A stretch of DNA of 64,000 nucleotides from Patescibacteria group bacterium UBA926. Lineage in GTDB: Bacteria; Patescibacteriota; Doudnabacteria; UBA920. The notes beneath the pieces are model-generated. The model was not told the origin of the DNA, did no database searches, and saw only the letters and a program-made list of their open reading frames with translations. Location of the stretch: NCBI GenBank assembly GCA_002293685.1, contig DBDS01000002.1, forward strand, positions 31,742-95,741, written 5' to 3'. Positions 28,499-38,088 of the stretch are shown one piece after another. Numbering within the stretch: position 1 is the stretch's first letter; each line of letters begins with the position of its first letter. A program made the position numbers and the translations under genes.

Positions 28499-29080
28499 CT
28501 ACTTTCCTACAGCTTTAACAACTTTACCAGCCTTGCGCAAAATATTTTCGTCGCTGTATCGAATACCTTTACCTTTGTAAGGCTCCGGCTTCTTCAACTC
28601 GCGAATATTTGCAGCAACTTGACCAACTAAATGTTTGTCGATGCTAGTTAAGGTAATTGTTGTTTGATACTGCTGAATAGTAACTTTAGCTGGTTGCTTT
28701 TCTGCCTTTACTTCTACGCCATCAGGGATTGGAAAATCGATTGGGTGAGAAAAACCAAGGTTCAAAACTAAATCTTTACCACGAACTTCTGCCTTAAATC
28801 CAACGCCTACTACATCTAGTTCTTTAGTGAAACCGGTGGTTAAACCATCTACCATATTCTGAATCAACGAACGGAACAAACCCCAAAGAGCCTTTTCGCG
28901 CTTATCTTCTTTTTTAGCAACGTCTACCAATACTTCATTGTCTTTGACTTCAACTTTTACTTTTGGGTGAATTTCCAAAGTCAAAGTACCCTTACTACCC
29001 TTTACGGTAAGTACGTTGTCTTTCAATTCAGCAGTGATGCCGTTAGAAAGAATTACTGGTTTTTTTCCGATTCTTGACAT
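28499..29080 (-). CDS. rplF: 50S ribosomal protein L6
   Basis: MSRIGKKPV start and two L6 domains. Confidence 0.95.
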   Translation of the reverse strand: MSRIGKKPVILSNGITAELKDNVLTVKGSKGTLTLEIHPKVKVEVKDNEVLVDVAKKEDKREKALWGLFRSLIQNMVDGLTTGFTKELDVVGVGFKAEVRGKDLVLNLGFSHPIDFPIPDGVEVKAEKQPAKVTIQQYQTTITLTSIDKHLVGQVAANIRELKKPEPYKGKGIRYSDENILRKAGKVVKAVGK

Positions 29081-29181
29081 AGTGTCGTTATTAAAACTGA
29101 ATAAATAATGTTATCAAAACTTTTCCGTTTGTCCAAGTACGGCACGGATTGGTCGGGCAAAGCCCGCCCATCGCGTTCAGG

Positions 29182-29244
29182 CCATTTTCCGAGGAACTCT
29201 GGAGCCGTACTTTAGTTACGGTGACAGGGTTCCGAGGAAAATAA
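29182..29244. repeat. family-2 hairpin element
   Basis: ttccgaggaactctg-gagccgtac-tttagt-tacggtgac-agggttccgaggaaaataac. Confidence 0.6.
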
Positions 29245-29252
29245 CGAAGTAA

Positions 29253-29322
29253 TTGGACAAACCCGAAGGGTGAAGTTTGACTGAAAGTCTGAATTTACTT
29301 CAGACTGAAGTCAAACGAGCGG
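29253..29322. repeat. family-3 structured element (copy 2 of 3)
   Basis: ttggacaaacccgaagggtgaagtttgactgaaagtctgaatttacttcagactgaagtcaaacgagcg. Confidence 0.65.
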
Positions 29323-29333
29323 TAAAGTTTTAC

Positions 29334-29726
29334 CTACCAAATCTGACAAACAACTTCTCCACCAACACGATCTTTGCGGGCTTGTTTGTCTGTTAATAAT
29401 CCTTTCGAAGTTGAAACAACTGTAATACCGAAGCCACCATTAGTGCGAGGAATCTTTCCAACTGGCATGTAGATACGTTGTCCCGGAGTGCTAACACGCT
29501 TGATACCGGTAATCACAGGACTGCCTGTTTGAGCATACTTAAGATTGACTTGGAGCATTTTCACACGTCCAGGCAATTCGTTCACGCCAGATAGAAAACC
29601 TTCTTCATGAAGAACTTTTGCTAAGCTGTGCTTAAACTTTGAGTATGGCATTACCAAATCTTGCTTGCCAGCTGCAAGCGCATTACGGATTCGGGTTAAC
29701 ATGTCGGAAATTGGATCGGTATACAT
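29334..29726 (-). CDS. rpsH: 30S ribosomal protein S8
   Basis: MYTDPISDMLTRIRNA start. Confidence 0.95.
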   Translation of the reverse strand: MYTDPISDMLTRIRNALAAGKQDLVMPYSKFKHSLAKVLHEEGFLSGVNELPGRVKMLQVNLKYAQTGSPVITGIKRVSTPGQRIYMPVGKIPRTNGGFGITVVSTSKGLLTDKQARKDRVGGEVVCQIW

Positions 29727-29742
29727 GATAGTTAGTTGGTTA

Positions 29743-29937
29743 TTACCAAGAGGCCTTTGTTACGCCAGGGATTTCTCCACGGCTTGCTAATTCTCTAAAA
29801 CAGATACGGCATAAAGAAAAATCTCTCATAAAAGCTGCTTTACGACCGCACTTCAAACAACGCCTGATTACTCGAGTTGAGAACTTCGGGTTTTTTAAAC
29901 TGCGATTAGCTTTTGCGATTAAGGATTTCTTTGCCAT
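29743..29937 (-). CDS. rpsN: 30S ribosomal protein S14, Zn-binding type (64 aa)
   Basis: [12 protein letters not shown]... with the CLKCGR...CRIC zinc ribbon. The true start is the internal ATG at 29935-29937; the 101-aa track ORF is an upstream artefact. Confidence 0.9.
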   Translation of the reverse strand: MAKKSLIAKANRSLKNPKFSTRVIRRCLKCGRKAAFMRDFSLCRICFRELASRGEIPGVTKASW

Positions 29938-29974
29938 ATGGTTGCTTGCTAAAGCGGTTTCAAATTCGGGGCAA

Positions 29975-30045
29975 GTTCGAGGCATTTCCCGAAGGGCGCT
30001 GGAGCCGTAATAAATGTTACGGTGACAGAGCCCTGAGGGAAATAA
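29975..30045. repeat. family-2 hairpin element
   Basis: catttcccgaagggcgctggagccgtaataaatgttacggtgacagagccctgagggaaataacaaag. Confidence 0.55.
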
Positions 30046-30075
30046 CAAAGAAATTGTCCGAATTTGGAAGCGCGA

Positions 30076-30615
30076 TTAATCTTTAAATGGGAACTTCATT
30101 GCCTTTAATAAGGCGTATGCTGGTTCATCTTTTCCAGCTGTAGTTGCAATCGTGACTTGAAGTCCGAAAATATGTTCGATTGCATCTTGAGAGATTTCTG
30201 GGAAAACCATGTGTTCTTTTAGACCAAGGTTGTAGTTTCCACGACCGTCGAAACCTTTTCGAGATACTCCGCGGAAATCTTTCACGCGAGGGAGACCAAT
30301 GCTGATCAATTTATCTAAGAATTCGTACATTCTTTGTCCACGCAAGGTAACGGTCATACCAACCACTTGCTGTTCACGAACTTTAAATCCAGCGATAGAT
30401 TTACGAGCCTTAGTTTCAACTGGTGCTTGACCTGCCAACTTTGTGAAGTCCTTTTTCAAAGATTCCATGAAGCGGTTATCCTTAAGGTACTTACCCACCC
30501 CAATGTTGAGGTTGATTTGCTTCACTTTAGGAACGGCCATCACGTTAGTGTAACCGAATTGCTCTTTCAAAGCAGGTGCAATCTGTTTATTATATTGTTC
30601 TTGTAAACGATTCAT
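30076..30615 (-). CDS. rplE: 50S ribosomal protein L5
   Basis: L5 sequence, 179 aa. Confidence 0.95.
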   Translation of the reverse strand: MNRLQEQYNKQIAPALKEQFGYTNVMAVPKVKQINLNIGVGKYLKDNRFMESLKKDFTKLAGQAPVETKARKSIAGFKVREQQVVGMTVTLRGQRMYEFLDKLISIGLPRVKDFRGVSRKGFDGRGNYNLGLKEHMVFPEISQDAIEHIFGLQVTIATTAGKDEPAYALLKAMKFPFKD

Positions 30616-30636
30616 AAGTGTAATTAAATACTTCTA

Positions 30637-30963
30637 TTAAACAGCTTTACCGCTTTTCTTAGCAATGCGTTGCTTGGTTCCGTTCTCTAAAATTTCATAA
30701 CCAACGCGAGTTGGTTTACCAGAACTTGGATCGATCAACATTACTTTGGATGAGGACATAGGACTTGCAAAACTCACCTTTTGAGAAACGCGCTGACGAG
30801 TACCACGTGGACGTTCATACTTAGTGTGAACATTCACATTCTCGACAACAACTTTATGGTCATCAGGAAGAACACGCAAAACTTTTCCAGTCTTACCTTT
30901 ATCTTTACCTGATAATACCTTTACGGTATCGCCTTTCTTAATTTTGAGCTTTACTTGTGTCAT
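30637..30963 (-). CDS. rplX: 50S ribosomal protein L24
   Basis: KOW motif KKGDTVKVLSGKDKGKTGKV. Confidence 0.95.
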   Translation of the reverse strand: MTQVKLKIKKGDTVKVLSGKDKGKTGKVLRVLPDDHKVVVENVNVHTKYERPRGTRQRVSQKVSFASPMSSSKVMLIDPSSGKPTRVGYEILENGTKQRIAKKSGKAV

Positions 30964-30974
30964 ATGTTTTCTAC

Positions 30975-31063
30975 GTCATCCTGAGTCCCTCGACGAGCTC
31001 GGGATAAACTCCGCAACTATGTTTCGGAGCCTGTCCTGAGCCTGCGAAGGATTCGGCATGACA
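30975..31063. repeat. family-1 palindromic element (variant)
   Basis: gtcatcctgagtccctcgacgagctcggg...ggagcctgtcctgagcctgcgaaggattcggcatgaca. Confidence 0.55.
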
Positions 31064-31069
31064 AATTAT

Positions 31070-31441
31070 TTAAATAACTTCTGGTGCTAATGATGCAATT
31101 TTGCTAAATCCAGCATCGCGAATTTCACGAGGGATTGGACCAAAGATACGAGTACCTTTTGGTTCACCTTTTTCTTTATCAACTAATACACCAGCATTTT
31201 CATCGAAACGGATGTAAGAACCATCTTTACGACGAATTTCTTTTTTCGTTCGAACAATTACCGCGTAAATCTTATCACCTTTTTTTACTGAACTGTTTGG
31301 TGCAGCTTGGCGAACAGACCCAGCAACAATATCTCCAACTCGAGCATAACGGCGTTTATTTTTTCCGTTCACGCTAAACAAGTTGACGACCTTGGCGCCA
31401 GTGTTATCTGCGATTTTAATGTAGGAACGAATCTGTAACAT
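31070..31441 (-). CDS. rplN: 50S ribosomal protein L14
   Basis: [10 protein letters not shown] motif and L14 fold. Confidence 0.95.
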   Translation of the reverse strand: MLQIRSYIKIADNTGAKVVNLFSVNGKNKRRYARVGDIVAGSVRQAAPNSSVKKGDKIYAVIVRTKKEIRRKDGSYIRFDENAGVLVDKEKGEPKGTRIFGPIPREIRDAGFSKIASLAPEVI

Positions 31442-31455
31442 AAATTTTGATTAGT

Positions 31456-31516
31456 TGTCATCCTGAACGCAGTGAAGGATCTATGGTTGAGATTCTTCGC
31501 TCCGCTCAGAATGACA
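31456..31516. repeat. family-1 palindromic element
   Basis: tgtcatcctgaacgcagtgaaggatct...gagattcttcgctccgctcagaatgaca. Confidence 0.65.
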
Positions 31517-31531
31517 GAGGTCAATTATTAA

Positions 31532-31774
31532 TTATACCTTCTTAAGTACAACGAATCTCTTGTCTTTGCTAATCGGACGACTTGATTCGATAATAACTTT
31601 ATCACCAATCTCACAAGTGTTTTCTTCGTCGTGTGCTTTGTAGCGGTAAGACTTAGTGTAGCTCTTGTGGTATTTTGGATGACGCTTAACTAAATCAACT
31701 TTAACAACAACGGTTTTATCCATTTTGTTAGAGATGACTGTTCCTGTAAGTTGTTGTTTAGTAGCTGTTGTCAT
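31532..31774 (-). CDS. rpsQ: 30S ribosomal protein S17
   Basis: S17 OB-fold sequence. The start is the internal ATG at 31772-31774 ([11 protein letters not shown]...); the track ORF is extended upstream. Confidence 0.9.
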   Translation of the reverse strand: MTTATKQQLTGTVISNKMDKTVVVKVDLVKRHPKYHKSYTKSYRYKAHDEENTCEIGDKVIIESSRPISKDKRFVVLKKV

Positions 31775-31812
31775 ATAAATGTCTTGTCGTTCTGACACGT
31801 ACACCGCAGAAC

Positions 31813-31886
31813 GAGTAGAAGAATCTCTTAACAAGGGATCCTTCGACTCGGCCTTCGGCCTCGCTCAGGACGACACTTAAGTGTCG
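31813..31886. repeat. family-1-related partial element
   Basis: gaagaatctctt...gatccttcg...ccttcggcc...ctcaggacgacacttaagtgtcg matches the right half of the 36682-36761 element. Confidence 0.5.
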
Positions 31887-31887
31887 A

Positions 31888-32070
31888 TTAATTTGCTCTT
31901 AAGAAAGTTAGAATTCGAGCGATATCCTTACGAACAATTGAAAGTTGATTGGTGTTCTTAACCTGCCCCAGCTTTACTTTCATTCTGAGGTTCTCACGCT
32001 TCTCCTGCAAAGAAACTAGTTCTTTGTGAAGATCTTCAATAGGTTTTTTAGATAGGTCTGAATACTTCAT
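31888..32070 (-). CDS. rpmC: 50S ribosomal protein L29
   Basis: L29 helical hairpin MKYSDLSKKPIEDLHKELVSLQEKRENLRMK... Confidence 0.9.
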   Translation of the reverse strand: MKYSDLSKKPIEDLHKELVSLQEKRENLRMKVKLGQVKNTNQLSIVRKDIARILTFLRAN

Positions 32071-32104
32071 ATTAGTGTTATTAAACAAGCGAGAAAGTTT
32101 AGAG

Positions 32105-32512
32105 CTATTGTTTGATTAAGAATTTAGTCTTTACTGGAAGTTTGTGGGCAGCGAGTCTCATCGCTTCACGCGCTGCAGGTTCAGTAACTCCATCCATTTC
32201 GAATAGAATACGACCCTTTTTTACAACAGCTACGAAGTGAGAAACTGCACCTTTACCACTACCCATCACAGATTCATTACCATGATCAGTAATTGGCTTA
32301 TCAGGGAAAATCCGAATCCAGATCTTACCACCACGCTGTACACTGCGGGTCATGGCACGACGAGCTGCTTCAATTTGGCGAGCAGTAACGAAACGGCCTT
32401 CCATCGCTTTTAGAGCGAAGTTGCCGAACGCAATGCTGTTACCAGAAGTAGCCTTACCTTTGTTATGACCGCGATGATGTTTGCGGTGTTTGACTTTCTT
32501 TGGAATTAACAT
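32105..32512 (-). CDS. rplP: 50S ribosomal protein L16
   Basis: [15 protein letters not shown] start. Confidence 0.95.
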   Translation of the reverse strand: MLIPKKVKHRKHHRGHNKGKATSGNSIAFGNFALKAMEGRFVTARQIEAARRAMTRSVQRGGKIWIRIFPDKPITDHGNESVMGSGKGAVSHFVAVVKKGRILFEMDGVTEPAAREAMRLAAHKLPVKTKFLIKQ

Positions 32513-32525
32513 ATGTTTATTAGTC

Positions 32526-32576
32526 TGTCATCCTGAGCGCAAGCAAGAATTTTTTCTTGGCTGTGCTCAGAATGAC
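32526..32576. repeat. family-1 palindromic element
   Basis: tgtcatcctgagcgcaagcaagaattttttcttggctgtgctcagaatgaca. Confidence 0.65.
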
Positions 32577-32599
32577 AGCGGATTGATAGATGATTAAAC

Positions 32600-33253
32600 T
32601 TACTTGGTCTTATTCTCGAATACGTCGCCACGATAGATCCACACTTTGATTCCGATTGTTCCGTAAGTTGTGTGAGCAGTAGAACGAGCAAAGTCGATAT
32701 CAGCGCGTAAAGTATGAAGAGGAATCTTACCGGCTGACAAATGTTCGGTACGAGCAATTTCTGCTCCGTTCAGACGACCACCGATTGCAACCTTTACACC
32801 CTTCGCGCCTGCTTGCATAACTTGTTCTAACGCTTGCTTCATGAGTCTACGGAAAGCAACACGACGTTCGATTTGCTCAGCGATTCCGTTTGCAATAACT
32901 TGCGCATGTAAGTTGATATCGCGATCTTTAATCTCTTCGATATTAACCTTGAGTTCGCTCTTAATCTTTAGTTGTTGCTTCACTCGCTTCTTTAACTCTT
33001 CGATACCTGCGCCACCTTTACCGATAATTAAACCTGGTTTGGTGGTGTGAACTACGATAGTAATTGTACCGTCGTTGAGGCGTTCGATGTCGATACGAGA
33101 AAGTCCCGCTTTACGCAAGTGCTTTTCAAGGTATTCACGAATCTTGATGTCTTCGTGCAATTGAGCAACATAGTTGCCCTTTGAAAACCACTTGGACTTC
33201 CAAGTATCGGTAATCTTTAAACGAAATGAAGTTGGATTAATCTTATGTCCCAT
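32600..33253 (-). CDS. rpsC: 30S ribosomal protein S3
   Basis: MGHKINPTSFRLKITDTWKSKWF plus KH and S3-C domains. The start is the ATG at 33251-33253. Confidence 0.9.
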   Translation of the reverse strand: MGHKINPTSFRLKITDTWKSKWFSKGNYVAQLHEDIKIREYLEKHLRKAGLSRIDIERLNDGTITIVVHTTKPGLIIGKGGAGIEELKKRVKQQLKIKSELKVNIEEIKDRDINLHAQVIANGIAEQIERRVAFRRLMKQALEQVMQAGAKGVKVAIGGRLNGAEIARTEHLSAGKIPLHTLRADIDFARSTAHTTYGTIGIKVWIYRGDVFENKTK

Positions 33254-33271
33254 AATTTGAGAGGTGAATTC

Positions 33272-33400
33272 TGTCATCCTGAACGCAGTGAAGGATCTTT
33301 ACTTGAGATTCTTCTCGGAGTTTATCCCCGCGCAGGCGGGGACTCAGAATGACAGTTAGTGGAGATCCCTGCTTTCGCAGGGACGGCACAAAGTGCCGAT
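33272..33400. repeat. family-1 palindromic element plus adjacent extra hairpin
   Basis: tgtcatcctgaacgcagtgaaggatct...ccccgcgcaggcggggactcagaatgaca, then ggagatccctgctttcgcagggac. Confidence 0.6.
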
Positions 33401-33404
33401 TAAA

Positions 33405-33971
33405 TTACTTTTGTAAGTTTTCTGGAGAAGTTTTTACTTTAGAATCAGTCGCTTCGTTTTCGCGGTGAACTTCTTTCACTTTAGGTTCAGGCTTAAGTTT
33501 AGAAACAGATTCAGCTTCAGCTTTACCAAGTTGACCTTCTTGAGTCTGGATTGGTTCAGCTTTCTTCTTAGCCTTTGGAAGCTTAGCAGAACTTTTCGGT
33601 TTTGCATCGCGCTCTTCAAGCACTACGTTCACATGTGCCATTTTGCGTCGGATAACGAATGCGCTACCACGGGCTCTTGGGAACATACGCTGAAGTACAG
33701 GACCCATGTCAGTTGTAATACTCTTGATAAATAATTGCTCACCTTTTAATGAAAAATTATTCTCAGCATTTGCTACAGCCGAACGCAATAATTTGGATAC
33801 CATTCCAGCAGCCTTTTTATTGGTGAACTGGAGTTGAACCAAAGCGTCTGCAACGCGCATGTTCTTCACCAAGTTTGTAACTAGGCGAATCTTGCGAGGA
33901 GAGATGCGGAGATTGCGTGCATGAGCTCTCACTTGAGGCTTGTTATTCGGTTGTGCGACTTTTTCTGCCAT
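33405..33971 (-). CDS. rplV: 50S ribosomal protein L22 with long C-terminal K/E-rich extension
   Basis: L22 core (RISPRKIRLVTNLVKNMRVADALVQLQF) plus about 70 extra C-terminal residues. Confidence 0.9.
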   Translation of the reverse strand: MAEKVAQPNNKPQVRAHARNLRISPRKIRLVTNLVKNMRVADALVQLQFTNKKAAGMVSKLLRSAVANAENNFSLKGEQLFIKSITTDMGPVLQRMFPRARGSAFVIRRKMAHVNVVLEERDAKPKSSAKLPKAKKKAEPIQTQEGQLGKAEAESVSKLKPEPKVKEVHRENEATDSKVKTSPENLQK

Positions 33972-33982
33972 ATGATTTCATC

Positions 33983-34044
33983 GTTATCCTGAGCACAGCG
34001 AAGGATCTTTCTAGAAAAGACACTTCACAGCACTCAGCATAACA
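33983..34044. repeat. family-1 palindromic element (variant)
   Basis: gttatcctgagcacagcgaaggatct...cacttcacagcactcagcataac. Confidence 0.5.
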
Positions 34045-34052
34045 TTACATTA

Positions 34053-34331
34053 TTATTTTCCTGCCTTTTGTTCCTTCGCAAGTTTACCACCGTGACCGAT
34101 GAACTTACGAGTCGGAGCGAATTCGCCCAACTTATGTCCCACCATGTTTTCTGTAACGAAAACTTCGGTGTGCTGTTTGCCATTGTGTACGAGGAAAGTA
34201 AAACCAACCATTTCTGGGGCAATGGCACAAGCTCGTGACCAAGTCTTGATGCGATCGCCAGGTTTGCCGGCAAGCACTTTCTTGAGTACACGAGGATCGA
34301 TGTATGGACCTTTTTTTAAACTTCTAGACAT
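34053..34331 (-). CDS. rpsS: 30S ribosomal protein S19
   Basis: [19 protein letters not shown] start. Confidence 0.95.
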   Translation of the reverse strand: MSRSLKKGPYIDPRVLKKVLAGKPGDRIKTWSRACAIAPEMVGFTFLVHNGKQHTEVFVTENMVGHKLGEFAPTRKFIGHGGKLAKEQKAGK

Positions 34332-34354
34332 ATATATAGATAAATTTTCTATCC

Positions 34355-34415
34355 TGTCATCCTGAACGCAGTGAAGGATCTATAATTGAGATTCTTCGCT
34401 CCGCTCAGAATGACA
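34355..34415. repeat. family-1 palindromic element
   Basis: tgtcatcctgaacgcagtgaaggatctataattgagattcttcgctccgctcagaatgaca. Confidence 0.65.
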
Positions 34416-34430
34416 GAGAGAATTGTATAA

Positions 34431-35273
34431 TTAACGCTTCTTCACGCGACGCTTAACAATAAACTTACCAGACGGTTTCTTCTTATCGCGGGTTTTCACA
34501 CCGAGCGCATGCTTACCCCAAGGAGTCTTAGGATATTTCAAACCGATTGAGTTACTACCTTCACCACCACCATGAGGGTGATCTACTGGGTTCATAACTT
34601 TACCTCGAACGCTTGGTCTCCATCCCATGTGGCGCTTACGACCAGCTGTTCCGATTCGTACGTTCATCCAGTCTGAGTTAGACATCGAGCCGATTGTAGC
34701 GCAAGCAGTTTCGCGAACTTTACGGATTTCACCAGAAGGAAGTTTAAGGAATGCATAACCACCTTCTAAGTTTTGCAACAACACACTAGCACCTGCACTG
34801 CGAGCTAACTTACCACCATGACCAGGAATTAATTCCACATCATGGATGAAGCTTCCAACTGGAATGCTTGCAAGTGACATTCTGTTACCAGGATGGATTT
34901 CGGCTGTTTCACTATACACTACTTTATCGCCAACTTTTAAGCCAGCAGGTGTTAAGATGAAACGCTTAACTCCATCGTTGTAAGTAATAAGAGAAATAAA
35001 TGCGGTGCGAGTTGGATCGTATTCAACTGTTTTCACTGTACCAGGAATGTTCTTTCGGTCGGCACGGTTGAAATCAACAATACGAACTTTCTTGTTAGCA
35101 CCACCACCACGGTGTCGAACAGTAATCTTACCAGAGTTATTACGACCGGCGTTCTTCGCTTTGCTCATTATCAAAGACTTCGGAGTTTTCTCAGTCTTTT
35201 TTAAAACGGAATAATCGGTCACACTTTGCTTGCGACGTCCCGGTGTAGTTGGTTTGTATACTTTTACTGCCAT
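34431..35273 (-). CDS. rplB: 50S ribosomal protein L2
   Basis: L2 sequence with GRNNSGKITVRHRGGG. Confidence 0.95.
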   Translation of the reverse strand: MAVKVYKPTTPGRRKQSVTDYSVLKKTEKTPKSLIMSKAKNAGRNNSGKITVRHRGGGANKKVRIVDFNRADRKNIPGTVKTVEYDPTRTAFISLITYNDGVKRFILTPAGLKVGDKVVYSETAEIHPGNRMSLASIPVGSFIHDVELIPGHGGKLARSAGASVLLQNLEGGYAFLKLPSGEIRKVRETACATIGSMSNSDWMNVRIGTAGRKRHMGWRPSVRGKVMNPVDHPHGGGEGSNSIGLKYPKTPWGKHALGVKTRDKKKPSGKFIVKRRVKKR

Positions 35274-35274
35274 A

Positions 35275-35356
35275 TTGTTAGTTAGTAGTGGGTAGATTGT
35301 AGTGAGCAGGATACAGGAATGTTCTATATTCTACTTACTACAATCTACTTACTAAT
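35275..35356. repeat. intergenic inverted repeat (gtagattgtagt / actacaatctac)
   Basis: 12-bp perfect IR in the rplW-rplB spacer. Confidence 0.45.
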
Positions 35357-35764
35357 TTAGGTAGGTTCTACTATATTAATCTTCTTACTGTCTTTGGTTA
35401 AGGTAATCATAGCTTTCTTGAAACCGCTGCGTTGTCCAACTTTACGACCGAATGTACGGCTCTTGCCTTGGACTTGAATCATGTTAACGTTGGCAACTTT
35501 TACACCATACATTTTTTCAACCGCGCGACGAACTTCGATTTTGTTCAACTTACCATAAACAGTGAAAATGTATTGATTGAAACGATCTACGAAACCAGCT
35601 TTTTCAGAAATTCTTGGAACTATTAAACCTTTGTTACCAAGACCACTATGAGGCACGTCTAACATCGCAGGAGCTTCAGCTTCTTTTTTCGGTTCATCAG
35701 ACGCAGTAGTAGTTTCTACCTTGATTTCGTCTTCTGTATTTTCTTTTTTAGAAAATAATGCCAT
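35357..35764 (-). CDS. rplW: 50S ribosomal protein L23 with N-terminal acidic extension
   Basis: L23 core KIEVRRAVEKMYGVKVANVNMIQVQGK; about 40 extra N-terminal residues. Confidence 0.9.
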   Translation of the reverse strand: MALFSKKENTEDEIKVETTTASDEPKKEAEAPAMLDVPHSGLGNKGLIVPRISEKAGFVDRFNQYIFTVYGKLNKIEVRRAVEKMYGVKVANVNMIQVQGKSRTFGRKVGQRSGFKKAMITLTKDSKKINIVEPT

Positions 35765-35781
35765 GTGGGTTAGTTAAGGGT

Positions 35782-35901
35782 TGTCATTCCTGGGACCGAG
35801 TTCGAGAATCGAACGAGGTAACCGGGAATCTATTAATTAATATGTTGCTCTAGTGGATCCCCGGTTCTCATCTCGCTTCGCGAGCTGAGCCCAGGGACGA
35901 C
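35782..35901. repeat. family-1 palindromic element (long variant)
   Basis: tgtcattcctgggac...gagcccagggacgac termini with inner hairpins. Confidence 0.55.
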
Positions 35902-35904
35902 TAC

Positions 35905-36663
35905 TTACGCAGTCAATTTCTTATCAGCAACTGCTTTCTTAGGAGTTTCTTTCTGTTCAGAGTTCCCTGATAGCCCGCGCGACTTCGTCGCTTGTGGCTT
36001 CTGGGACGACTGCTCCGCAGTCGCTTTAAGATAAGTTTTTTCGATTACTGGTAGGCTATCTTTTAGAATAAACATACTATCAGCTTTGAGAATATCGGTA
36101 ACATTTAGACTTGTGGCTAGAGTTGTAGTAACAGCTTGTAAATTACGGGAAGCTCGGACTAAAGAATCATCTTTCTTTGGAAGAACAAGCATTTGCCTTT
36201 TGCCCAAAATATCCATCTTAGATTGAAACGCTTGCATGAACTTAATAAATTCTTTGGTCTTCGGTGTTTCTAAATTCACACCTTCGACAACAATCAAGCG
36301 ACCATCTTTTGCTTTATCCGAAAGGGACATAAACAAAGCTTTAGTCTTAGCTTTCTTGTTAATCTTGAGCGACCAGTTGCGGTCTGAGCGAGGTCCGAAA
36401 GTGACTCCACCATGTCGCCACAATGGGCTACGAGTAGAACCAGCACGAGCTCGTCCAGTACCTTTTTGGCGCCAAGGCTTCTTACCACCACCAGATACAT
36501 CGCCGCGGGTCTTAGTGTGAGCCAAACCTTTACGAGCGTTGTTTGCTTGAGCACGAACCGCTTCGGCTAGCAAGTGCAAAGATGGCTTAACAGCAAAGAT
36601 TTGATCGCTAATTTCGATCTCGCCAGTGCTTTCCGCGTTCTGATTGTAAACTTGAATTTTCAT
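35905..36663 (-). CDS. rplD: 50S ribosomal protein L4 with C-terminal extension
   Basis: L4 core plus about 45 aa K/A/E-rich tail. Confidence 0.9.
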   Translation of the reverse strand: MKIQVYNQNAESTGEIEISDQIFAVKPSLHLLAEAVRAQANNARKGLAHTKTRGDVSGGGKKPWRQKGTGRARAGSTRSPLWRHGGVTFGPRSDRNWSLKINKKAKTKALFMSLSDKAKDGRLIVVEGVNLETPKTKEFIKFMQAFQSKMDILGKRQMLVLPKKDDSLVRASRNLQAVTTTLATSLNVTDILKADSMFILKDSLPVIEKTYLKATAEQSSQKPQATKSRGLSGNSEQKETPKKAVADKKLTA

Positions 36664-36681
36664 CTGTAAATAAAATTATTA

Positions 36682-36761
36682 TGTCATTCTGAGGCGACAG
36701 CCGAAGAATCTCTTTGAGAGATCCTTCGTCCCTTCGGGACTCAGGACGACACTTCGTGTCG
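36682..36761. repeat. family-1 palindromic element (variant)
   Basis: tgtcattctgaggcgacagccgaagaatctctttgagagatccttcgtcccttcgggactcaggacgacacttcgtgtcg. Confidence 0.6.
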
Positions 36762-36762
36762 T

Positions 36763-37431
36763 TTACTTTTTCTTCTTAGTTTCTACAACTTCTTGGAATA
36801 ACGGTTTAGTAACTCCGGTTGTAGATATTTTTACCATTCCATTTGGGTGTCCTGGTACAGCGCCCTTAACAAGAATTAAACCTTTATCTGCGTCTACGTC
36901 TACAATCTGTAAGTTCTTAACAGTAACTTGGGAATTGCCCATGTGACCAGCCATGCGGCGGCCTTTGTTAACGTGTTGTGGATAACGAGAACCGATAGAA
37001 CCAACACTGCGAGGCTTATCGTGACCATGACTTCCAGGGAATCCAGCAAAGTTATGACGCTTCATAACACCAGTGAATCCTCGGCCCTTCATAGTACCGG
37101 TTACGTTAATAATTTCTCCAACTTCGAAAGTAGAAACATCAATCTTTTGGCCAATTTGGAATTCGCTAGAATTTTCTAGGCGGAATTCTACAAATTTACC
37201 GAAAGTTCCAAGATCTTTTGAGTGACCAGTCTTCGCCTTGTTTGAATGACGACTTCCTGCCACTTGAGGACTGACACCAACCTGAACGGCATTGTAGCCA
37301 TCTTTAGTTTCGCCAGTTTTGACTTGAGTTACCACAATTTCTGGAGCTTTCACAACAGTAACTGGGATTACTTCGCCGTTTTCGGCAAAGTACTGAGTCA
37401 TATTTAATTTCTTACCTACAATAAATTTCAT
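36763..37431 (-). CDS. rplC: 50S ribosomal protein L3
   Basis: MKFIVGKKLNMTQYF... The start is the ATG at 37429-37431; the track ORF is extended upstream. Confidence 0.9.
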   Translation of the reverse strand: MKFIVGKKLNMTQYFAENGEVIPVTVVKAPEIVVTQVKTGETKDGYNAVQVGVSPQVAGSRHSNKAKTGHSKDLGTFGKFVEFRLENSSEFQIGQKIDVSTFEVGEIINVTGTMKGRGFTGVMKRHNFAGFPGSHGHDKPRSVGSIGSRYPQHVNKGRRMAGHMGNSQVTVKNLQIVDVDADKGLILVKGAVPGHPNGMVKISTTGVTKPLFQEVVETKKKK

Positions 37432-37557
37432 ACAGTTTTGATTGGTCCATATCTTGGTCGCAAATGCGGCAAGCCGCCCTGCTCCGCGTTCGTACTGGCA
37501 AAGCCAGATACTCACTCGCTAAAGAAATAGGGACATCACTTTCATAAATAATTGTTT

Positions 37558-37621
37558 TGTCATCCTGAGGCCAAAGGCCGAAGGATCTCGAATGAGATTC
37601 TTCGCTTCGCTCAGAATGACA
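37558..37621. repeat. family-1 palindromic element
   Basis: tgtcatcctgaggccaaaggccgaaggatctcgaatgagattcttcgcttcgctcagaatgaca. Confidence 0.65.
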
Positions 37622-37764
37622 TGAAAATAAAAAAATGTGGCTACTCACCACATAAAAACAAGTCATAAGGCCGGAGGCCATGCTTTGCTTATATTTGGCG
37701 AATAGTTATCTGAATCGCCAAGCTTTTTGGGCTTTTGCGGTTCAGAACCAACTCACTCTAGTAT

Positions 37765-38088
37765 TTAACTCATTTTAATTTCTACATCAACCCCAGCTGG
37801 AAGGCTTAAGTTGGTGAGAGAATCGATGGTTTTAGGCGTAGCTTCTGTGATATCGATCATACGCTTGTGTGTGCGCATTTCGAACTGTTCACGGCTATCT
37901 TTGTGCACGAAAGTTGAACGCAATACAGTGTATTTGCGCTTCGCGGTCGGCAAAGGAACTGGTCCCGAAATGGTTGCCCCAGTGCGCTTAGCTGTTTCAA
38001 CGATCTGCTTTGCGCTTTGATCAATTAACTTGTGATCGTACGCGCGGATCTTGATGCGAATTTTCGGCTTGTGTTCGCCTTTTTCCAT
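37765..38088 (-). CDS. rpsJ: 30S ribosomal protein S10
   Basis: [16 protein letters not shown] motif. The probable start is the ATG at 38086-38088 (MEKGEHKPK...); the track ORF starts at an upstream TTG. Confidence 0.9.
   Translation of the reverse strand: MEKGEHKPKIRIKIRAYDHKLIDQSAKQIVETAKRTGATISGPVPLPTAKRKYTVLRSTFVHKDSREQFEMRTHKRMIDITEATPKTIDSLTNLSLPAGVDVEIKMS

Noticed and set aside
29938-30048. N-terminal 37-aa extension of the S14 ORF
   Set aside because: Zn-type S14 is 61-64 aa. The MAKKSLIAK start aligns with the family, and the extension covers a family-2 repeat element.
32506-32757. 83-aa ORF overlapping the rpsC 3' end and rplP 5' end
   Set aside because: It is out-of-frame overlap inside highly conserved r-protein genes.
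37412-37681. 89-aa ORF between rpsJ and rplC
   Set aside because: It overlaps the corrected rplC start and a family-1 palindromic element, and it is a continuation of the repeat sequence (SERSEESHSRS... from the hairpin arms).
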